Positions 53,150 to 64,000 of a stretch of 64,000 nucleotides of DNA are shown here, in pieces. The notes under the pieces were generated by a model. The model made no database searches and was not told the DNA's origin. It saw only the letters and a program-made list of their open reading frames with translations. How positions within the stretch are numbered: the stretch's first letter is position 1; every line of letters starts with the position of its first letter. The stretch lies in NCBI RefSeq assembly GCF_009914755.1, contig NC_060939.1. One strand, written 5' to 3'. Position numbers and translations under genes: made by a program. The stretch comes from the human T2T-CHM13v2.0 reference genome, Homo sapiens.

Positions 53150-55720
53150 TGAAACCAGTCCATCCACTGGGCTGTCTGGACTTCAGTCAGTCATCAGTGT
53201 AGTCCCCTCTCCCTCTCCCTCTCCATCTCCTTCTCCCTCTCCATCTCTGAGGCTTTCCTTACAATCTTGTTCTAACTGAAACCTGTCTGCTGTGAGAATA
53301 CCACTTCCCTGAAGCCCCTCCAATGGAGCCTGATTTTTTTTCTGCAGCCATCACACCAATGGACCTGGAGTAAAGTGGGTGTCCTCCCTGCTCTTCATTA
53401 CCACTTTTATTCTCCCTCCCTCTTCCCTAGAAATCTCCAGGTTTGAATTTCAAGTCATCATATTATATCACATGCAATCCCTTATTCTTACTGTCATCCA
53501 GCCCCTTCCTACAACCAACCCCATCTTGTTTCTCACCTTTTGGTTCACTGTCATTCTAATACTACTCCTGTTTTACTTTTTGGCAATTTCAACACACACA
53601 TAAATGATCCCTCCAATACCCTGTCCAATATGTTCCTCAATTTAAAGTCTTCTCTGTAATCTTGTCCTCCATCCTACCTCAGCCACTGACTCCATGGTCA
53701 TGTGCTAGACCTCGTCATTACTGATTATTGAAATACTCAGCCTCCAACTAACATATCATCCCACCTGACAGACAGCATCATCTCTACCTGCTGTATCTTC
53801 TCACTTATTAATAAACACAAACATATTCCTATCTAAAGCTAATCCCTCCCATTTCACACTAAACTCCACTCCCTTAGCCTATTCAAGGACTTCTCAGAAA
53901 TTTCCCCCTCATCGATGTTTCTCCACCTCTACTGAATCTTTCTGATCAGAACAAAACATGCCATTATGTTTTCCATCTTAGAAATGCAAAAGCCGTATAC
54001 TGACTCAATTTCCCCCTCAGTTATCACCCAATTTCTATCCATCCTTTTGCAGTAAAACGCTTCAAAGGAGTTGTTTGTAATTTATGTTTCTAATTCTTCT
54101 CTTTTTACTCTCGCTTACACCCACTCGAATCAGCTCCTCTTTGTCTATATCACACCACCATAACCAATCTCAAGTGGGTCACAAAAACCTCCATGTTACT
54201 GAGTCCGATGGTCAAATTTTAGACCTCATCTCACTTGACTCATCAGCATTTGACACAGTTTATCACTCTTTCTTCCTTGATACCTTCTTCACACGATTTC
54301 CAGGCTATCATCATCTCTTGATTCTCCTCCCACCTCACTGCTCCCTCCTTCTCAATATCTTTCCCTGGCTTCTCATTTTCTTCCTGAACTATTAGTATGG
54401 GGGCGGGGGACCAATGCTCAGTCTTTGGTGAAAGTCTCTATTCCATCGTTATTCATTCCTTTGGCAATCTTCCAAGTTATATCGTTTCTGAATAACATCT
54501 TTATGCTAATGGTGATCAAGTGAATCTCTCCATCTTAAGATTAACTGATTATCAACCCTAATTACATTTGTGAAATCCTTTGCCATGTGATATAAAATAT
54601 TCACAGGCAAGATATCTCTTCATATTGATTGCCCCAGGATTAGGATAGGTGATATGGTTTGGCTGTGTCCCTACCCAAATCTCATCTCCAATCGTAGCTC
54701 CCATAATCCCCACGTGTCATAGGACGGACCCTGGGAGAGATAATTGAATCATGGGGGTGGGTTTTTCCAATGCTATTCTTATGATAGTGAATAAGTCTCA
54801 CAAGATCTGGTGGTTTTACAAAGGGCAGTTCCCCTGCACACATTCTCTTGCCTGACACCATGTAGGATGTGCCTTTGCTCTTCCTTTGCCTTCTGCCATG
54901 ATTGTGAGGCCTCCCCAGCCATGTGGAATGGTGAATCCATTAAACCTCTATTTCTTTATAAGTTACCCAGTCTTGAGTATTTCTTCATAGCAGTATGAAA
55001 ATAGACTAATACAGTAGGAAATCCATGGAAACAGGGCATTTTTAGAACTCTGCCTCCTATACCTATTCAACATCTCAAACTCGGCAGGTCTACAACTGAA
55101 CTCTTGCTATTCTGTCACAAAACCTCCCTCATCCTCAACTCTTCCCATCTCAGTTGCTCAGGTCAAACGCCCTGATGTCATTTTTGACTCCTCTCTCTCT
55201 CACATGCCACATCAAATTTATCAGCAAATCCTGTTGGCTCTATGCTCAAAACATATCTAGAATATGACCACTTCCTACCATTTCCATAGCTAATGCCTCT
55301 CTAACCATCCTCCTCTCTTGCCTTGTTTATGCAGTAGCACCACAATGGAGTCTCTGCTTCTTCCTTTCTCTCCACCATCTCTATACAACACATCAGCTGG
55401 AGAGATCCTTTTGAAACCCAGATCAAACCATCTTCCTCCAATTTGGTTAGATAAAAAGCCAGAATCCTTATAATCCTTATAAGGCTCTCCATGATCTGTA
55501 CCTCTTTCCTTTACCTCTTTGACCTCATTGCTTATTACTCTCCCTCTCAGTAATTCTGCACCAGTCCCTTTGGTTTCTTTGCTGTACCTCAAACATGCCA
55601 GCCATGCTCCACCCTGGACCTCACACTGGCTATTCCCCTGCCTACAGTGCTTTCCTTTCAAATATAGAACTTGCAAGCTCAAGAAGCCCGAGTCTTTTCT
55701 ACAATGTCACCTGCTTACCC
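53150..55720 (+). mobile_element. Long L2 remnant, interrupted at about 54530-55060 by an MLT1 fragment containing a THE1 LTR
   Basis: CT-rich L2 ORF2 motifs ctagacctcgtcatta, tcagcatttgacacagtttatcactctttcttccttga, atcagcaaatcctgttggctcta. Confidence 0.75.
54650..55013 (+). mobile_element. THE1D-like solo LTR
   Basis: tgatatggtttggctgtgtcc...atagactaataca; 5-bp TSD ATAGG/GTAGG. Confidence 0.92.
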
Positions 55721-58661
55721 CTTTCTCCTTTTCTTTCTCTGAAAGCTAATGCCTCCTCTTGATCCCAGCAAAGTACTTGGTGGCAACTTCATAAAAGCTG
55801 ACATCTCATACAATCTTGACAGCAGGCTCTGGTAAGGGGTAGAATGAAATGGTAGAAACCTAGAATGCTCTTTGGCTATAGAAAAGCCGGGTATCTCCAA
55901 GTTCTAGGGAATCCGTCACATTAAAAATAGTTTTTATTTATAAAGTGCTACATATATCTACATATATCACCTAATTTAAATCCCATGTATTCATTTAAGA
56001 AATTCTTTCCAAGTGTTTGGTCTATGCCAAGCACTGTTTTAGGCATGGCTAACATGTCCAAGACATATTATTCCTTCTTAATGAATGACTTAACCCAGAC
56101 TCAGAAAAATTACATGATTTTCCCAAACTCACCAAGTCATTTGATGGCAAACCAAGGACTCATAGGCAAGGGCTCCTGACTCATGGTCATCTGTCCTACT
56201 ACACAATCTTTCTGCAAACTATACATATTTTTAACCAAAACTATTCGAGATAAATTGCTTTATTTGAAAATAAAAGTTTACCAAGTCTCTAGACTCTGAG
56301 CTACTGCTCTCTATACTTTATAGTATTGTTTTTAAAAATCAGGAAAATAAAAATAGCTACATGGCTCAACTCTAGTTAGTTGACATTATGCTTAGGAAGA
56401 TGAAAAAAAATGCTTTCTTAATAAAAATAAGAGGGAGGAAACAAGATCCAGAGCAGAGGAACTGAGAAATCCAAGTGCCTTTGGCACCCTCAGAAAAGAA
56501 GTCTCACTTGCTTCCCCTCCCCATACAAAGATGAGGCTGGCAGTGACTTCTCAGGCAGCCTTCCCCTCTTCCTATCAAAGCATCCAATCTGCTTTATTTC
56601 ACAAATGCTCATGATATACCAGGCACTGTTCTAAGTGCTTTACAAATATTACCTTAAGAAGTCACCAAATTGCTCAAGCATCATTTTAAACACATCGTCC
56701 TCCTCAGAAACCTGCAATGCTTCCAATTCCCTCTCAAACTGAAAGCTCCTTGTCAGGAGTCTTGAACAGGAGAATGCATGAGAAACTTATGGGCTAAGTA
56801 TGAAATTCAATTTAAGGGGAAGTTTCAACTTCTTACTGGTTGATTTGACATTTCCCTCTACTCCAGAACACTTCTGTGTTCTAGACAAGTAAACACTCTT
56901 ACTTTTTTTTTTTTCTTTTTACCAAATTTGTCTCCTCTAATCTTGATACTTTGATATATTCTAATATTTTCTAAAACTCTCCGGGCTCAGTAAATTTCAA
57001 AGATCCTTTCTATAAGAGGATCATAACACATTTGAGAAACTGGGGCTTTTGGAGGTCATCTAGCCCAACTCTTAAAGATAATGAAATGGGCCTAGGAAAT
57101 TAAAACAATCTTTCCCATTAATTAAGGGAAGAACTGAAACTAGACACTGACTTCTAATCCTTGGCCATTTTAACAAAGAGGAAAATGAGCATATCCTGAT
57201 GAACAAACAGCAAATCTAAACACAGAAGCATCTAGATAGCACAAGTTTTAATTTGGTCAAAATGGATTTGTTGACAAGTAAAAATCATTTTTTCTTTAAG
57301 ACAATTTGTAATTTTTATTTTCTTTTTAAGAATTTCTACACTATGCTCTGTAGGAGTGTTGATTTATGTGCTGTACATTATATTGATCCAAAAGGACACT
57401 GCCGAGGTCTGCTTTAATCTATAATTAAAGAAGAAAGTCTCCAAAGCCATTTTCTGAGAAGTTAATTCCTGGTACCTCACGTGGTGCTCTTTCACAATCA
57501 AATACCTTACAATAGTTTAAGGAGATGCTTTACCCTTTTCACCGTTTCTACTAAAAGAGAAAAACTGTGTTTAAAATGAACATCTGGTTATTTGAAATAA
57601 CCTTTCATGTTTATGTACCCTCAGGTTTTGCTTAAGAATGTGGCTGGTTTACAGGAAAAAGGCAAGTTCATTGTAAATCTTTCTCCTTATTCTCTCTTCT
57701 GTTAAGTGAGTCTTTCCTGAATTTTTTTTATAACAGCCAATTTAAATTCAGCAGTCGTGTTCCTTCCTGACACAAAGAGCAACAGTGATTACACATTAAG
57801 GAAAGACTGAGCAGAAACACAATCTAATGCTCATTAAAAACTGTACGGAATTTGATCAAATTCTATCACAGGAGCAGCACCTCCCACTTCCCTGGTCCAT
57901 GAGCCCATTTCTGGCTACACGAGATCCCCGCCCTGGTCTGACTCTCATATTCAGCCCACTCTCCAATGGTTACCAGGCTGCCCGAACAACTCAGCACTGC
58001 CCTCCTTGTGCTCTTCGGATATGTTCCTTCCCAAACCACCAGCTCTCCCCTCCTCAAGGGCTTCTTCACATATCCTCTGTACCTCCCTCTCTGTTTCCAG
58101 CTCATTATCTCCTGCCATTTCCCTCCCTCTCATTTCTTCCCTTTCTCTCTCGTCACTTCCTTCTTAGAATCACGGCATCATAGAGTTGAAACCCAATTTA
58201 AGCTCTTTCCAGTCTTGGAATCCTTTCTACACTGTGCCCTCCAAATGACTGTCTAACCTCAAGCCCACAGGTATCTTTTTGAATTCTTTCACCTGTATCT
58301 TTCTGGGTCGACAGTTAACGAGTGGAAATCCCTCTTTACATGATAGCCCAGACCTCAGTCGCCTTTCTAGACTAAACATCCCAGTCATAGGGCTTCAAAT
58401 ATCTTCACTTCCCAGTTCCCCTGGAGAACATCCCCTTCACCAGAATCTGCACAAATCCACACAGATGTCAAAGCCAATTCTGCAGCTTCGTTGTAGGAAT
58501 ACATCCACTATTTAACCTTAATCACTTGTGCTCCTCTGAATTTCCACTCTTAGTGTCTGGGCCTTGTAATGTTGGACTTAAAATGATTTACAAGTCTCCA
58601 GTCTTATCATGTGTGCTAGGCATCTTCCCACAGCAAGATTACAAATTCCTTGAAGGCATAG

Positions 58662-59086
<425 letters not shown>

Positions 59087-59698
59087 GGCTCAGGGTCTTA
59101 TACTCTGGCTCCTGGTGTGCATATTGTAAGAAAGAACAAGACTGTTTTTGCTCCGTGGCCGGGGTGGGGAAATCTGTTTCTCCCCAATTCTAGCCAGTAA
59201 GTATTATCTAGACCATAGGATGATACACCTGGCTGTGTGGCAGAACTATCAGGGGAAGGTTTAAAAAAAAAAAAAAACTGGATTATCTGGCCTTGACACT
59301 GACCTCCTGTATTAACCTCTCCAGGGGTGGAATCTGGGATGTGGTTTTTAAGGTACCCCTGCCCCATGTGATGCCCACACAACCTGTCTACTCAGCAATA
59401 TTTAGAAACCTCCAGGTCATTTTGCCTCCAGTGACAAACCCCACTTGTGTTTTGAATCATTTCTTTATGGGAAATGACATTTCCCCAAGCATAATAATAA
59501 TGATATTGCAGTGTGGGAGGTTTGTAGCAAGGGAGAAGATGGAAGCAGAACAGGTCAGAGACAGACAGAGAAGCTGAAGAAAGCCATGTTTTAAAAAAAT
59601 AAATAAAAAAAAGACAAAAAACATTCAAGCAGGTTATCACAGCAGGAGGCCAGTGAAGGGCCCAGAGATTATTTTCTTTATCCAGGTCCTAAAATGAA

Positions 59699-59996
59699 TT
59701 TTTTTTTGAGATGGGGTCTTACTCTGCAGCCCAGGCTAGAGTATGTAGCATGATCATAGCTCACTGCAGCCTTGAACTCCTGGGTTCAAGCAATCCTCCT
59801 ACCTCAGCCTCCCAAGTACCTGGGACTACAGGCATGTACCACCATGCCTGGCTACTGTTTTTTGTTTTTGTTTTTTTGTAGATACAGGGTCTCACTATAA
59901 TTACCCTGGCTGTTCTCAAACTCCTCAACTCAAGTGGTCCTCCTACCTCGGCCTCCCAAAGTGCTGGGATTACAGGTGTGAGTCACTGCTGAGCCT
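59699..59996 (-). mobile_element. AluJ
   Basis: gatcatagctcactgcagccttgaactcctgggttcaagcaatcctcc are AluJ diagnostics. Confidence 0.9.
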
Positions 59997-60659
59997 CTAA
60001 GGTTATTCTGAACCTTGAAATGGAAGCAGCAGAGAAACAAAAAACATAGCTTTGCCATGCATAGCAGGTTCCACAGAAGCATGTGGTAAACAGAGAGAGT
60101 AAGAGGAACTGTGTTCAAATCCCTGCTGTTCTTACCAGCCCTGTGGCTTGGCCAGGTTCATTTTTCTTGTCTATAAAACACATAAAATAGAGTCATGAGG
60201 ATTAAACAAGAGGACGTCTGAAAGCACATAGGTGGTGTTTGATGGAAGTGATTTCTCTTCCACTCAGATCTAAGATGATCTCCTTCCTCTAGACCCCAGC
60301 GAAGTACAACTGTGTGTTTGTATATGCTATACTGGAAATGGTTTTCCAAGTAGCCAGACTTCAGAAGATATTAAAACAGATCACAGCAAAACAAAACATT
60401 AAGACCCAGCACACAGATTTCTTTACTTTTCTAACCCTAAGATTTAAAAATCGGACAAGTTAAAATTTGCAAATCACTTTGATTCATGACATTGAGTGGA
60501 AGACCGCTTATTCCATTTTATCAGCTGTCAGCATTCCGACTAAGGGCCTGCCTCGTGTCCCCACGAACTCGAGATTAGTGCTTCCAAGATGACAATAAAA
60601 GGCATTCACTTGCCATCTTTTTGCTACCTTTCAACAAAAAGCTTAGCAAAGACAACAGC

Positions 60660-60890
60660 TAACTGCATTACTTACCACACATGATTACTGACCAGCTCTT
60701 TCTACACATTATCTCACTCAACCCTCTTAACAACCCTGTAAGTTAGATGTTATTATTTTCCCCATTTTATAAATAAGGCAGCTGAGACTTGGGGGCATTA
60801 AATAACTGGCCCAGAGCAAGTAAAAGTAGCACCAGGACTCAAAGCCAGCTCAAAAGCCCAAACTTTTAATCAAAGTGTTCTACTGCCTTG
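60660..60890 (-). mobile_element. MIR
   Basis: cttaacaaccctgtaag...tattattttccccattttataaataagg...ctgagact. Confidence 0.75.
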
Positions 60891-61059
60891 TTCTCCTCTT
60901 CGTTCAGTCAACAAAACCCAATTAAATGCCTCTTACATGCTGAGCACTGTTTTAAGCAAATTAAAGGATATAAACATAAATCAGTCATGGCTCTTTCCTT
61001 AAAGGAATTTAAAATGTAGTGGGAAAAACATAAGAAGAAGAAGAACAATGGGACAATGA

Positions 61060-61335
61060 CAATTACAGCAAACACATAAAGCGTTTATTATGCCAGGAAC
61101 TATTCTAAGCACTCTAAATAGCAGTATCTTAAATTTACGTAATCCTCTCTGCAAGTCTGTGAACTACCGATTTTACAGATGTAGGTACCAATGTACCAAT
61201 CAGTCTATGTACCGATTTTACAGATAAGCAAACTGAGGCATAGAAAAGCTAAGTAAGTTTCACAAGGTCACACAGCTAAACACTAGCAGAGTTAGGACTT
61301 GAACACAGGTAGTTGCACTCCACTGTCTGTGCACT
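61060..61335 (-). mobile_element. MIR with an internal duplication
   Basis: attttacagataagcaaactgaggcatagaaaagctaagtaagtttcacaaggtcacacagcta. Confidence 0.8.
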
Positions 61336-61849
61336 ATGTATACATATCAATGATCCAAGGGGAAACATGGTATATATGCTCAGACAGGCACAAGTGCAAT
61401 TCTGTCACAATTAAAGAGAGAAAGACACTATTCTAGCTGGACAATCTGCAAAGTTCTCATGGAGGAAGAGACTCTTGACCTGGACCTTGAAGGATGAATT
61501 GGGGACTTTTTTTTATAGGCCAAAAGAAGGGCATTCTGGACAGAAGCTATGAACAATAGGACTTAAGAGGACAATCATGATGTGGATGGGGAACATAAAA
61601 AATCAGTGTGGTTACAGCATCAGGCATGCAGATAGTGGGAAATAGGTAGTAACGGTGGTTAAGGTTAGATTTCTTCTCCCTTTGCTTTGCCTTCTGGGAA
61701 AAATAGAACCTTACTCCCTAATCAGCCAAAGTTGAATTAATTTTTCTGTCCTGATCTCTCTAAAACAGGCAGGGAACATTTGCTTCCTATCTCTTTGGGT
61801 CTTCATTCCTGTAGCTGGAGCTGAGGATGGCTTCCTAACTGGCAGTATA

Positions 61850-62085
61850 ACAAGTAGTTTAAGAGCGCAGATGTGAGAGCCAAATAGATTGGATTCAAAT
61901 CTGGTCTCCACCACTTACTAGCTGTGTGATATTTGGTAAGTCACACATCCTCCCTGCCTCATTACTCTATAAAATGGGCATGATAAAATACTTTATAGTA
62001 TTATTTTGAGGACTTAAGAAGATGCTACTTGTTAAAGCACCTAATACCTTGCTTGGCACATGGCTCTCAATAAATACTAGATACT
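61850..62085 (+). mobile_element. MIR
   Basis: ggattcaaatctggtctccaccacttactagctgtgtgatatttggtaagtc...tataaaatgggcatgataa. Confidence 0.8.
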
Positions 62086-63123
62086 AGTATTATTGTATTT
62101 GTCATTAATTTTTCCTTTTTCAGCTCGTTCTCTTCACAAGCCTAAGGTATATTTGTACATGCCTGGAAAATACTCAAAATATTTAACAATCAATGTAGCT
62201 TAGGCCCTGGCCAATCAGACACTGGCCATGATGGCATATATATACAGTGGTATACTGGCTGAAATATCAGCCCTGGCAATACAGAAATTTCTGAAAGTGA
62301 CCATTGAGATGGTAAACACAACGAAGCACCAGCTTATTGGACAAATGCAAACTACACAGTCGGGGATAAGGGGAAATCAGAACTAACATGATTATTTTAA
62401 ACATGGTTATTTTATCTACCAGGTCCTTTGAGAAAATATCCATGGACCCCAAGGGACGCAACAGGATAACTTAATTAGTTTTAAAGATATATCTGAAAGG
62501 GTTCCATGGCAAAGATTGTGTAAAACAACAATAACAACAACAAAATATACTATAAGTCCAGGCAGGATAGGGAAAGGAATATTCTTTAGTAGACTAAAAA
62601 CTATATTGCAGCAATATGTTTTTAAAAAGACATGAAGAAAGAGACACTTCTCTTGGGAGAAAAATTACCAGTAGAGTTCCCACTGAACTTTATTATTCAG
62701 CATTTTTACAAGAGATCTAGAAAAGCAATAGAGCCAAATTTGTGGAACTTAAGTTTTTTCAGGTAGCGAATTTTTAAACCAATAGAAAAAATTAATGTGA
62801 GTGAGATGAAAATTGGCAAGTGAAATTCAATGTGGACCAGTATGAAAGACATCTGTTTAAAGAAAATGAACTCCAGTACACCTATAAGTTGATGAACTTC
62901 GAGTTGTGATTAGATACAAAACAAATCCAAGAATTATTATAGACTAAAACGATTTCTAAGACAGCAGTTCAACACCTTTGTCTTGACAAAAAGGCCAAGA
63001 AAATTTTGGAAAAAATTGGAAAAGTCTTGAAAATGATAAAGAATCATACTACCATCTGAATCCAGAATACCATGCACATTTCTGCATCTTATGAAGGACA
63101 TAACAGCTCAAAAAAAAAGGTTT

Positions 63124-63631
<508 letters not shown>

Positions 63632-63886
63632 AAAGGTTTAAAGTAGGAAACTTAACAAGCAACTGTATATAGTTAAAATTTTCTTATTTCTTAATTTTTG
63701 AACCTCGAGTGCAATGACGAGTTAAAAAGAATACTATGTTGTTACAATGGTTCTAAGTCACTTTTAATTCATTATGTTCTTTAATTCATGGCATTCTATC
63801 AACATTCTTGTCAAACCCTCTATTTTATTTTCCCCCTTTGTCCTCAATCTCCACCCCCACTCTGCTTAACACCTGGTTTATACACC

Positions 63887-64000
63887 TGGGTTTCTCAAAT
63901 GTGACACAATTGACATTTTGGACCAGATAATTCTTTTCTTTGGGGGTTTCCTGTGCAAGGAAGAATGCTTTGCCACACCTCTGGCCTCTACCCCCTAGAA
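63887..64000 (+). mobile_element. MER20 (cut off by the window end)
   Basis: ggtttctcaa...cacaattgacattttggaccagataattctt...tctggcctctacccc. Confidence 0.8.

Noticed and set aside
62270-63100. Possible decayed DNA-transposon or pseudogene sequence
   Set aside because: No terminal repeats or translatable motif could be supported.

Overview
Primate genomic DNA, most likely ape or human (AluY and AluYe-like elements, L1PA7 and L1PA10-12), from an AT-rich, repeat-dominated intergenic or intronic region. I found no host protein-coding exon, structural RNA gene or CpG island. Every recognisable protein in the ORF track comes from broken LINE-1 ORF1/ORF2 or is an Alu/LTR read-through. Most of the window is layered mobile DNA: one full-length dead L1PA with TSDs, a twin-primed L1PA7, older L1M and L2 pieces, MIRs, seven Alu loci, MaLR/ERVL/ERV1 LTRs and MER5/MER20/MER58 DNA elements. 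The main structure not explained by repeats is two independent local inverted duplications of sequence I do not recognise as a repeat family: IR1 (14287-14543 / 15679-15933) and IR2 (48081-48348 / 49483-49750). Each has arms of about 260 bp about 1.1 kb apart, and in each one copy interrupts an older LINE. IR1 decays neutrally (about 18 transitions, 7 transversions, 4 indels). IR2 is ungapped, 95% identical, keeps its CpGs and is transversion-dominated (3 transitions, 10 transversions), which suggests arm-to-arm gene conversion, inversion potential or a constrained hairpin. Subfamily names come from remembered consensus sequences, boundaries of old repeats are approximate, and alignments were counted by hand.
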